From a virus: a stretch of 64,000 nt of DNA. This document shows, in pieces, positions 48,464 through 57,247 of this stretch. The stretch covers positions 1-64,000 of IMG/VR virus record IMGVR_UViG_3300045988_111115; one strand, given 5' to 3'. How positions within the stretch are numbered: position 1 is the first letter of the stretch; every line of letters starts with the position of its first letter. The position numbers and the translations under genes are program-made. The notes beneath the pieces are model-generated. The model was not told where the DNA came from. It searched no databases and saw nothing but the letters and a program-made list of their open reading frames with translations.

Positions 48464-48558
48464 TTGAATATTATATAATATAATAAATATATATATATAA
48501 TTAATATTAAATGTGTAATTCAAGATTACGCACACACGAGTATTAAGAAAGGAGAGTT

Positions 48559-48587
48559 TTGACAGAACTTTTGACGTATGATATACT
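48559..48587 (+). promoter_or_regulatory. Sigma-A-like promoter TTGACA-17-TATACT
   Basis: ttgacagaacttttgacgtatgatatact read directly. Confidence 0.55.
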
Positions 48588-48622
48588 TACATAGTATTTT
48601 AAAGTGTGAAAGGAGAATGCTT

Positions 48623-50185
48623 ATGAAGTTGAGTAGGCACATAAACCGTAATGTAACACTTACAGGTGTACAGACTTTGAATAACCCTACTCGTGAGGAA
48701 AGAGCAAAAATCAAAGAAGCATTGACTTTTGATAACCCTGCATATGCAAAAGCTAAAAGGTATAGTGCTTACGTGAGCAGAATTAGTCCTTATTTGCATT
48801 ATTTTGAGGAAGACAAGAAAAGTATCACTGTACCTCTTGGCTTTGATTTAAGACCCTTTTTAGAGACGAGAGACCTAACCTCTTATGACAAGAGGGTAGT
48901 TAAAAATGTTGTATACCCTCCGTTTCTGTTGAAGCTGAGAGAGACGCAAGAGGAAGCCTTTCATTCATATTATGCAACAGCAGGGTATAAAAATGCTCCG
49001 AGAAACATTATACAGTTACCTACAGGAAAGGGGAAGACTATTTTAGGACTACAAATAGCTTATGCACTTAGTCAAAGAACTTTGATTATAGTACACAAAG
49101 TAGACCTTTTGAATGGTTGGAAGAAAGATATACAGAAAGCCTTTGGGGGTAAAGTACAACCTCACATATTACAAGGAACTAAAAATGTAAGTTATGGAGA
49201 ACATATAACTATTACTACTATACAGACACTGAACAGACTATCGGAAAAAGACCTTGAAATGCTATCTACTAAGTTTGGGTTGATAATACAAGATGAAATG
49301 CACCATTGCCCCGCAAGTAGTTATTCAATTTCTTTGGCATTCCAAGCAAAGTACCGTTTAGGACTTACTGCAACACCCGAAAGAAGTGATGGTTTAGGTC
49401 ACGTAATGACACTATACTATGGAGATTTTGCTTATAAGTACAAGAACAAGGTCAACGACAAAGATATATTACCTGTTAAGGTTATATCTGTAACTGCACC
49501 TGTTTATTTTGACCCTATCTGTACTCAACAGACCAATGGTAAGTGGTTAATAGCAACAGATGAAGATTTAAAAGCAGGTGAAAGTACAGTACTAAAGAAA
49601 AATCAATCAAGAATATCAAATATTAACCCAAATTATAAACCTGACTTGGCATACGCTAATATAGATAATGCAGTAATACAGAATGAGGACTTACAGAGAG
49701 ACGTTGTAAAGAGAATTACAGAGGAACATAAGCAGGGACATAGTGTTGTTGTATTCTTTTCTCAAAAGGCACACGTTAAGCTATTTTATGACCTTTTAAA
49801 GCCTGTACTAAAAGATAAAGTGTTCACTTACTATGGTGATAATTCCGAAAAAGAAAACGAAAGAGTACTTGAAACAGCCGAAAAGATAAGAGACACAGTA
49901 ACTCTAACCACCTATGCAAAAGCTACAGAGGGAACTAATGTAAAACAGTGGGAAGTAGAGTTTTTAGTATCGTCCATAAACAATGGCAAGAATGTAGAAC
50001 AAGCTATAGGACGTATAAGACGTGTAGCAGATAATAAAATAAGTCCTGTAAGAGTTTATGACTATCAGTACTTATATTGTTATATACTTAGAGGTCATAC
50101 TTACAGCCGAAAAGAACGCTATAGAAAAATGAACTGTTTAGGTGAACAAAGTACAGTATCTAAGTCGATATTTAAGAGGGGATAA
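48623..50185 (+). CDS. SF2 DEAD/DEAH-box family helicase
   Basis: Walker A LPTGKGKT; DExH box QDEMHH; C-terminal QAIGRIRR motif VI-like. Confidence 0.75.
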   Translation: MKLSRHINRNVTLTGVQTLNNPTREERAKIKEALTFDNPAYAKAKRYSAYVSRISPYLHYFEEDKKSITVPLGFDLRPFLETRDLTSYDKRVVKNVVYPPFLLKLRETQEEAFHSYYATAGYKNAPRNIIQLPTGKGKTILGLQIAYALSQRTLIIVHKVDLLNGWKKDIQKAFGGKVQPHILQGTKNVSYGEHITITTIQTLNRLSEKDLEMLSTKFGLIIQDEMHHCPASSYSISLAFQAKYRLGLTATPERSDGLGHVMTLYYGDFAYKYKNKVNDKDILPVKVISVTAPVYFDPICTQQTNGKWLIATDEDLKAGESTVLKKNQSRISNINPNYKPDLAYANIDNAVIQNEDLQRDVVKRITEEHKQGHSVVVFFSQKAHVKLFYDLLKPVLKDKVFTYYGDNSEKENERVLETAEKIRDTVTLTTYAKATEGTNVKQWEVEFLVSSINNGKNVEQAIGRIRRVADNKISPVRVYDYQYLYCYILRGHTYSRKERYRKMNCLGEQSTVSKSIFKRG

Positions 50186-50250
50186 AGAATTTGACATTGT
50201 AAGTATTATATGCTATAATTACTGCATAACTAAATGAGAGGAGAAAAGAT

Positions 50251-50742
50251 ATGCCAATATCACAAGTAAAAACTATTGAGCAAAAGGTTAAGGAGTATGA
50301 CAATCTTCGTAAGAAGAAAAAACAACTTGAAGACCAAATGAAATTGCTTTCACAGGAGATTAAAGATTATTCTTCTATCTATGGTACTAAAGATGATAAG
50401 GGTAGTTGCTACGTTGATAGCCCTACATACACTTTTGGTACACAGTGTAAGAAGTCAATCAAGTTGAATGGCGAGAAAGCATTGGACTTCTTTAAGACAC
50501 ATAACCTTGAAAAGTACATTAAGACACAGGAGTATGTTGATGAAACTACTGTTGAAGCTTTAAGTCAAGACGGTACTATTTCATATGACGACCTTGAAAG
50601 TATGTGTAATATAAAAACTACATACTCTGTACTTGTAACCAAAAAAGAAGAAGTAACGGCAGAAGTAGAAGAACACGAAGTGGCTTCTATGCCTATTGCG
50701 GCTTCTAAAAAACCTAAGCTAAAGCTATCAAGGAAGAAGTGA
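50251..50742 (+). CDS. Hypothetical protein
   Basis: 163-aa ORF. Confidence 0.5.
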   Translation: MPISQVKTIEQKVKEYDNLRKKKKQLEDQMKLLSQEIKDYSSIYGTKDDKGSCYVDSPTYTFGTQCKKSIKLNGEKALDFFKTHNLEKYIKTQEYVDETTVEALSQDGTISYDDLESMCNIKTTYSVLVTKKEEVTAEVEEHEVASMPIAASKKPKLKLSRKK

Positions 50743-50749
50743 TTTAGCT

Positions 50750-51106
50750 ATGCCAAAGGTAAAGACCTCAGTAAAGCTACCTACAGGAGAAGTACTTGAA
50801 TTATACTATGTAAAGACTTTTGCTGACATTATAGGTAGAAGTACACAGACTATCAAGAAGTGGCATAGAGAAAACATTATACCTGATACATTTTTTCACG
50901 ACAAAGACGGTAGTAAACTTTATTCACGAGAGATGATGAATGTGGTAAAAAAAGCTATGGGAATATCCAAAGCTACAAGAGGAAGACGTTTAGACCTATC
51001 TCCGTTTAGTCCTACAGTCTACAGAGAGTGGGAGAAGTTAAAGCTAAAATACACAGGTAAGTACAATCCACAAGTACCTAAGAATTTTCAGAAAAGGAGA
51101 AGTTAA
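50750..51106 (+). CDS. Putative HTH DNA-binding protein
   Basis: YVKTFADIIGRSTQTIKKWHREN helix-turn-helix-like. Confidence 0.45.
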   Translation: MPKVKTSVKLPTGEVLELYYVKTFADIIGRSTQTIKKWHRENIIPDTFFHDKDGSKLYSREMMNVVKKAMGISKATRGRRLDLSPFSPTVYREWEKLKLKYTGKYNPQVPKNFQKRRS

Positions 51107-51108
51107 AA

Positions 51109-51447
51109 ATGCCAAAGTTGAAGAAAAAGAAGACAGAAGAAGTTACAGAGGAAGTTGTACAAGAAGAAACAACTACACCTGCTGAACAAGAGGAACAAAA
51201 GCAAGAGAACATAAACGAGGAAGAAGCACTTGCTCTTGCTAAGCAAGTTGAAGAGGACGAAAATAACACAGTACACACTGATAAGCTGAATAAAGCACTT
51301 AAAGTAGTACACGATAAGTTCGGTTTGGACGGATACAGTGTTATGTCTTTTAAAGACGGTGGCTCTAAAGTTGAGGTATCTGTAACAAACGGTGACTTTG
51401 ACCTTAAAATCACTATAAGGGATTGTGAGAATGAGGGAATATATTAA
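51109..51447 (+). CDS. Hypothetical acidic protein
   Basis: 112-aa ORF. Confidence 0.45.
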   Translation: MPKLKKKKTEEVTEEVVQEETTTPAEQEEQKQENINEEEALALAKQVEEDENNTVHTDKLNKALKVVHDKFGLDGYSVMSFKDGGSKVEVSVTNGDFDLKITIRDCENEGIY

Positions 51448-51460
51448 GGAGTGATATTGA

Positions 51461-51781
51461 ATGAAAAAGCTGAAAGCTAAGGCAGTAGAAAACGCAACAG
51501 TAACCAAAGGTAATAATAGAAAAGGTTTTGAAACTCTCAAAGAGGGAGTACCTTTAGACCACAGTGTAAAAAGTGAAGTAAATGCAGGACAGAAATTTGG
51601 CTTGTCAAAAGGTATCACCAAGAATATGGGTGACTACGAAAGTCTAAGAGTTGAGTGTTGGTTGTGTGATGAAGTACAACCGAATGAGACACCAAAAGAA
51701 GCCTTTAAGAGAGTTGATGAAACACTTAATGAGGTAATCGAAGAAATAGTATTCACCACTGTAGAGGACTACACAGAATAA
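51461..51781 (+). CDS. Hypothetical protein
   Basis: 106-aa ORF followed by a terminator. Confidence 0.45.
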   Translation: MKKLKAKAVENATVTKGNNRKGFETLKEGVPLDHSVKSEVNAGQKFGLSKGITKNMGDYESLRVECWLCDEVQPNETPKEAFKRVDETLNEVIEEIVFTTVEDYTE

Positions 51782-51782
51782 G

Positions 51783-51809
51783 GAGAGCGGTAATGCTCTC
51801 TTTTATTTT
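51783..51809 (+). terminator. Rho-independent terminator (gagagc-ggtaat-gctctc plus TTTTATTTT)
   Basis: Read directly. Confidence 0.6.
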
Positions 51810-51866
51810 GACTAAAATTTTAGTATGTGCTATAATTTATGAAAAGCATAAAAGAGGTGAGATACT

Positions 51867-52403
51867 ATGAAACGTAATATAGCTAAAACACAAGACCTAT
51901 TAAAAGGTTTTCGTAATTTGAGAAATCAAGTAGTAGAGCCTGAGGGTAAGAAATCAAAGAAAAAGCAGGGTAGAAGAAGTAATAAGCTGACTGCATATGA
52001 AAAATTTTTAAAGAAATATGTAGATTTAGAAAATACAATAGATACCTTTAGACCGATTGACTTGCTATTCTTCTTTCGTGAAAAAGCAGGTGAAGCAGAT
52101 GTAAGGTATGTAATAAGCAATCAAGCAAGAGACTGCGGAGTATTTAAGCTACTATTAGACAGATATGACCCTGAGGAAATCTGTTTAATGATTGAGTTTT
52201 TATTCCTGAGTGAGCAAGACTACTTAGACAAGTCAAGACTACAACCCACAGTACTTGCAAGCAGGTGGTGTAATACTATTTATCAAGACAGTCTTTTGTG
52301 GGTTGATGATAAGTATGTAAACCGAAAGAAAGGTTATAGCAAACCTGAAAGAGAATTTAATGCAAACAATAAAGATACAACACAGTTAGGGGGTTGGAAT
52401 TAG
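51867..52403 (+). CDS. Hypothetical replication-associated protein
   Basis: 178-aa ORF upstream of the DnaC-like gene. Confidence 0.45.
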   Translation: MKRNIAKTQDLLKGFRNLRNQVVEPEGKKSKKKQGRRSNKLTAYEKFLKKYVDLENTIDTFRPIDLLFFFREKAGEADVRYVISNQARDCGVFKLLLDRYDPEEICLMIEFLFLSEQDYLDKSRLQPTVLASRWCNTIYQDSLLWVDDKYVNRKKGYSKPEREFNANNKDTTQLGGWN

Positions 52404-53044
52404 TGAGACCACTAAGAACACACATTAACTATACAAGTCTTGATATTATAGGTATTCCTAAGAAGTTTCAGTCTATGACTTTAGAGGACTTCAATACCTA
52501 TGATACAGAAGAGTTAGAAGAAGTAAAAGACTATATGCAAGAGTACATCAATAAGTTTGATACCCATAAACTATATGAGATAAACGGAATACTCTTTTAT
52601 GGCTCAAATGGTGTAGGAAAGACTATGCTTGCAAGTTTAATACTAAAGCAAGCATATATACACAGATATTCTTGTAAGCGTATGACTTTTGTGGACTATA
52701 TCAGTATGTATACAAAAGCGTGGGGGTCAAAGTCTCCACAAGAGAGAGAAGACTTAACTTATGACTTGTTTGTTCAAGCAAAGGGCATTGAGTTTCTTGT
52801 GCTTGAAGAAGTCGGAAAAGAGATAGATAGTAAAGTAGCTATACCTATTTTGGAAGACTTGCTTAGATACAGAGAAGATAAAGGGTTAGTTACTATAATG
52901 TGCACTAATGTCCGACCATCTGTACTTGAAGAGAAGTACGGAGCAAGTATAATGTCTTTAATGAAAGGTAATATGTTCCCTATAACTATTGTAGGTAAAG
53001 ACAGAAGAGTAGCTAATACAGGAGGTAGAGATGAAATTAGTTAA
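52394..53044 (+). CDS. DnaC/IstB-like AAA+ helicase loader (TTG start)
   Basis: Walker A FYGSNGVGKT; Walker B-like FLVLEEVG. Confidence 0.65.
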   Translation: MELVRPLRTHINYTSLDIIGIPKKFQSMTLEDFNTYDTEELEEVKDYMQEYINKFDTHKLYEINGILFYGSNGVGKTMLASLILKQAYIHRYSCKRMTFVDYISMYTKAWGSKSPQEREDLTYDLFVQAKGIEFLVLEEVGKEIDSKVAIPILEDLLRYREDKGLVTIMCTNVRPSVLEEKYGASIMSLMKGNMFPITIVGKDRRVANTGGRDEIS

Positions 53045-53388
53045 AAGTGGCTTTAAGCTGAATAAAATTTATAATGAGGATTGCTTTAGAACAACCAAAA
53101 AGTTAAAAGTATACGTAAGGATAATCCTAATCAAAAGTATTATGAGAATATTTTTAATTTCATTGAAGCCAAGAATAATGACGGTAGCTGTCCTTATAAG
53201 GCGACGTATTCTACAGAATTATGTACCAAATTACTTGATATTTATGCACCTATCGGGTCAGTTGTTTATGACCCATTTATAGGTACAGGTCTACTGCTGT
53301 ATCTTGTATGAGGGAGGGTCTTGACTTTATAGGTAGTGAGTTATCTAAAAATCAGTGTGAATGGTCTGAAAACGACTTAAAGATATAA
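53031..53388 (+). pseudogene. Degraded DNA methyltransferase: N-terminal motif (LNKIYNEDC), internal deletion, frame change, C-terminal FxGxG-like motif (VYDPFIGTG) and a 1-nt frameshift before TAVSCMREGLDFIGSELS
   Basis: Three reading frames each carry methyltransferase-like segments. Total length is about 360 nt against about 800 expected. Confidence 0.5.
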
Positions 53389-53403
53389 GAATGAGGTGAT
53401 AAA

Positions 53404-53841
53404 ATGTTACACGGAGATATATCAAATATTATAGGTGCTACTATAGCTTTTAGATGTGAAGACAGCTTGTTTAAACCCAAAGAGGGTAAGTTAGTTGACT
53501 TCCTACAAAAAATCGCCCCAAGTACCAAGCAACGTTTTCTAATGGATAGTCTTAGTGAAGAGTACCTAAAAGCTATGGAGTACATCTATAGAAATACTGA
53601 ATATACAGTAGATTTGGTAATCAATGAAGATAATTATACACCGCACGTCGCAAGTGTACTTGAAGACCTGCCTTTTAACCGTATTATCAAAGTTAGAAAT
53701 GAGGGTAATATCAGTGCACGTTTGTTAATAGGTGATATAACTATTTATGTAGATGAGAGTACACAGCGTAGAGGTTATGTAAATAGTAAATATGCAGTAC
53801 CTCTGAAAGAACTAAGTAACTTAATAAAAAGGAGAGCCTAA
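53404..53841 (+). CDS. Hypothetical protein
   Basis: 145-aa ORF. Confidence 0.45.
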   Translation: MLHGDISNIIGATIAFRCEDSLFKPKEGKLVDFLQKIAPSTKQRFLMDSLSEEYLKAMEYIYRNTEYTVDLVINEDNYTPHVASVLEDLPFNRIIKVRNEGNISARLLIGDITIYVDESTQRRGYVNSKYAVPLKELSNLIKRRA

Positions 53842-53847
53842 AGAACT

Positions 53848-55170
53848 ATGAGTGAGAATTATGATATAGACAGAGGGTTTATATCTAAGTTGATAGAGAC
53901 TAAGGATATTAAATTAGTCAAAGAACAACAGATTAGACCCTCTTTCTTTACAGGAGACAGCAAGCGAGTTTTTGAGTACATAGAGCGAGTGTTCCGAGAG
54001 ACAGGAAGTATTCCTACTGAAAGGGTTATAGCACATCAATTTCCAAAGTTTAAGTTAGACCACTTAGACAATAAAGTCGGTAATGAAGAAGACTTAATAT
54101 TTTGGTGTAATGAACTTCGTACACGTACCCGACATAACCATTTAGTTGATACAGTACAGAGTATGGCTGATGAGTTAGACAACGGTGATAGTGAAGAAGC
54201 ATACAAAGTGATGAAGAAGTCTATAGCCTTTATAGAAAATGAAGTAGTAGGAAGTACTGCCGTAGATATTACACAAGATACCAAAGAGCGTAAACAAGTA
54301 TATTTAGAGCGTAAGAAGAATAAAGGTATAGTTGGTATTCCAACAGGCTTAGACCACCTTGACTATGTAGTTAAAGGTCTTAAAGGTGGTACTCTAACTA
54401 CTATACTTGCTAACACGGGTGTTGGTAAGACGTGGCTTGAAGTAATTATTGGTGTAAACTGTATGCTTAATAACTATACTGTATTACAGTTCGTAACAGA
54501 AATGAGTACTGAATTAATGAGGGACAGATATGAAGCCCTGCTCTATGCTAAGTGTTATGGAGAGATAAGTTATAATCAGTTTAAGAGTGGTGCTTTAACT
54601 GCCGAAGTAGAAAAGCAGTACTTTCAATTCTTAGATGAGGACTTGCCAAACTTAGAGCCTTTGTATGTTGAGACCGCTACAAGTGTTTCAGCTATGGAAG
54701 CTACCATAGAGAAGTTAAAACCTGATGTAGTACTTGTTGATGGTGTTTACTTAATGGAAGACGACCAACAAGCGAAAGATGATTGGCTTAGAGTAACACA
54801 CATCACAAGAGACACAAAGAAGTTAGCTAAGAGGTTAGACAAGCCGATTATTATAAATACACAAGCTGATAAGACTACAAGTAAAAAAGGACCAAAACTT
54901 GATAGCATTATGTATACACAGGCTATTGGACAAGATAGTGATGATGTTTGGGGATTGTTTAGAGATGAAGTAATGATAAATGAAAAGGAAATGAGACTTG
55001 ACGTACTAAAGCAACGTGAGGGTGTATTAGCTAAAATAATGATGAATTGGAATTTTGATGTAATGGACTTTACAGAGATTTATTCCGAGAACTCAAAAGC
55101 ACCAGACAACACACAAGACGTTGAAAGTAATGTCATAGGTATCGACAATTTAGAAGATGAGGAGGAATAG
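53848..55170 (+). CDS. Replicative DNA helicase, DnaB-like
   Basis: GIPTGLDHLDYVVKGLKGGTLTTILANTGVGKTW (Walker A in a DnaB context); 440 aa. Confidence 0.75.
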   Translation: MSENYDIDRGFISKLIETKDIKLVKEQQIRPSFFTGDSKRVFEYIERVFRETGSIPTERVIAHQFPKFKLDHLDNKVGNEEDLIFWCNELRTRTRHNHLVDTVQSMADELDNGDSEEAYKVMKKSIAFIENEVVGSTAVDITQDTKERKQVYLERKKNKGIVGIPTGLDHLDYVVKGLKGGTLTTILANTGVGKTWLEVIIGVNCMLNNYTVLQFVTEMSTELMRDRYEALLYAKCYGEISYNQFKSGALTAEVEKQYFQFLDEDLPNLEPLYVETATSVSAMEATIEKLKPDVVLVDGVYLMEDDQQAKDDWLRVTHITRDTKKLAKRLDKPIIINTQADKTTSKKGPKLDSIMYTQAIGQDSDDVWGLFRDEVMINEKEMRLDVLKQREGVLAKIMMNWNFDVMDFTEIYSENSKAPDNTQDVESNVIGIDNLEDEEE

Positions 55171-55172
55171 CA

Positions 55173-55367
55173 GTGAATATAAGTAGACCTTGTAAATGTG
55201 GTTTTGAGCCACATACTACAGAAAGTTGTTATCAAACTGACTGCAAAGGTTATAAAGAAAGAGAGTTAAGGTGCGCTATACTTGAATTTAATAATGAATT
55301 TAGCAAACTACAGCATAAGTATGATGAAAGGGTACGCAAGCTACTTAATTTGAACAAGAGAGGTTAA
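55173..55367 (+). CDS. Hypothetical small protein (GTG start)
   Basis: 64-aa ORF. Confidence 0.35.
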   Translation: MNISRPCKCGFEPHTTESCYQTDCKGYKERELRCAILEFNNEFSKLQHKYDERVRKLLNLNKRG

Positions 55368-55373
55368 AAGAAA

Positions 55374-56384
55374 ATGGGTAATCTATTTACTAAAGACCAA
55401 GTAGAAGACTTATTGAACTATATAGGTGTAGACAAGATACAACAGTGGAAAGGTGATAAGATAAACTTCTGTTGTCCTATTCACGGAGAGACACACCCGT
55501 CTTGTGGTATCAATATTGATTACACTAATGAAGATAGAGATATTAGTCACGGGCAAGTGTTTAACTGTTTTGCTTGTAATAAGAGTGGTAATTTAGCGTG
55601 GTTTACTTTTCTGTCTATGCCCGATAAGTTTAAAAACTATTCTGAAGCAGTAAAGTTCTTAGAGCAGAGATATGGTGTAAACGTAGACCAAGTACCTAAA
55701 CATAAAGGTAAAATACACTTGTTAAAGCGTTATGGTGAACTTACAGAGAGTACTGCAAGAAAAGCACTACCTTACTATAAGTTAGCACCTTTCAGAAGTG
55801 GTAAAGAAACTTATGAATACTTTTATAGTAGAGGGTTTAGTAAAGCTGAACTCATAGAGTATGAAATAGGCAGAGATATTGAGAAAGAGACAGTAACTAT
55901 ACCTGTATTTTGGGAAGACCATACTCTTGCAGGCATAATAGGCAGATATATTGACCCGAACAGACCTAAAAATTACAGGTACGAAATTTACAATGAATTT
56001 AGTAAGAGCAGTGTATTATTTCCTTTAGATAAGGTAGAGCCTGAGAATAATACAGTAATTCTTGTAGAGGGTCAGTTTGACTGTATGATGATGAGAAAGT
56101 GGGGTTATAAGAATACTGTATCGTCTTTAGGCAATAAGCTGTCTTATGCTCAAAAAGAACAGCTTAAAAGCATATGCAGTACAGTTATAGTATTGTATGA
56201 TAATGACGAAAGAGGAATAGCCGCTATAGACAGAGCAAGGAAAATGCTCAAAGACAGTTTTAAGGTAAAAGTATGTGATTATACAGGTGTTGTAGGTAAA
56301 GACCCTATAGAGTGGGGAGAAGAACAGACTAAGCACATACTAAGTACAGCGACATTAATTAAGGCAAAACTGTATAAGATTTGA
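55374..56384 (+). CDS. DNA primase (zinc-binding domain plus TOPRIM)
   Basis: CCPIHGETHPSC...CFAC zinc finger; ILVEGQFDCMMM TOPRIM acidic motif; YDNDERG. Confidence 0.7.
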   Translation: MGNLFTKDQVEDLLNYIGVDKIQQWKGDKINFCCPIHGETHPSCGINIDYTNEDRDISHGQVFNCFACNKSGNLAWFTFLSMPDKFKNYSEAVKFLEQRYGVNVDQVPKHKGKIHLLKRYGELTESTARKALPYYKLAPFRSGKETYEYFYSRGFSKAELIEYEIGRDIEKETVTIPVFWEDHTLAGIIGRYIDPNRPKNYRYEIYNEFSKSSVLFPLDKVEPENNTVILVEGQFDCMMMRKWGYKNTVSSLGNKLSYAQKEQLKSICSTVIVLYDNDERGIAAIDRARKMLKDSFKVKVCDYTGVVGKDPIEWGEEQTKHILSTATLIKAKLYKI

Positions 56385-56467
56385 CAGTATGCCTATTTAA
56401 TGATATAATATAAGCAACCCATTCTTGAAATAGTAAGGTTAATAAGATTAATAAGGAGGTAATAACA

Positions 56468-57229
56468 ATGGGTTTATTTAAGTCAGGCTATAAAGCCGTA
56501 GAAGATGAAAAGAAGAGACAAGAGAACAGAAGAAGTTTATACCGCTTCTTTGTAACAGGTGACGGAGCAGAAGCAGACATTCGCTTCTTGACAGACATAC
56601 CTATTACTTTCTCGGAACACAGCATTAAGACAGTGAGAAATGGCAAAGAGTATTATGATAATGCTATTTGTACGGCAGACGAAAGTCCTTGTCCTCATTG
56701 TGCTAACGGTGAGAGACCGTCATTCAAAGGTGCTTATCTAATTTGGGATAACAGAGAATTTGAAGCTAAAGACACGAATGGTAAGAAGAAGAAAGTACAC
56801 GGCTCTCTTAAGTTGTACGTAGCAGGTACTAAAATACTGTCGCAGATACAGCGTTTATACTCAAAGTATGGACTACTTGACAGAGAGTACACAGTAGTCC
56901 GTTTAGGAGAGGGAACAAGTACTACATATACTTTTGAAAGAGGAGATAAGTTAGAGCCTTTAAGCACTAAGGAAATAACAGAAATGCTCCCTGAAAATCT
57001 AAGAAAGATATATGACGGTACAGAGGACAGTCTTTTAAAAGTTGTTGAAAAAGTCCTTGAAAGTGAAATATCAAACAATGCCAACAATAATTCACCTGAC
57101 AAAGATAGAGACGAAGAAGAGGACGAGAGAACTTATAATAAAAATCTTGTAAGTGCAGATGAAGACGAAGAAGAGGAAGAGAGACCTAAGAGAACGTCTG
57201 CAAAGAGCATTTTAAAGAGAAGAAAGTAA
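56468..57229 (+). CDS. Hypothetical protein with Cys cluster and acidic C-terminal tail (possible gp32-like ssDNA-binding protein)
   Basis: CTADESPCPHC and a DEEEDE...DEDEEEEE tail; position in the replication module. Confidence 0.4.
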   Translation: MGLFKSGYKAVEDEKKRQENRRSLYRFFVTGDGAEADIRFLTDIPITFSEHSIKTVRNGKEYYDNAICTADESPCPHCANGERPSFKGAYLIWDNREFEAKDTNGKKKKVHGSLKLYVAGTKILSQIQRLYSKYGLLDREYTVVRLGEGTSTTYTFERGDKLEPLSTKEITEMLPENLRKIYDGTEDSLLKVVEKVLESEISNNANNNSPDKDRDEEEDERTYNKNLVSADEDEEEEERPKRTSAKSILKRRK

Positions 57230-57247
57230 TTTGATAAAATAAGGCAT

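Noticed and set aside
51078-51621. Minus-strand ORFs 51078..51413 and 51103..51621
   Set aside because: They are antisense to well-formed plus-strand genes with RBSs, and they are low-complexity Ser/Cys/Phe-rich.
53031-53282. 83-aa ORF taken as a genuine small protein
   Set aside because: Its N-terminus is the N-terminal motif of a DNA methyltransferase, and the other frames carry the C-terminal methyltransferase motifs. It is re-interpreted as a pseudogene.
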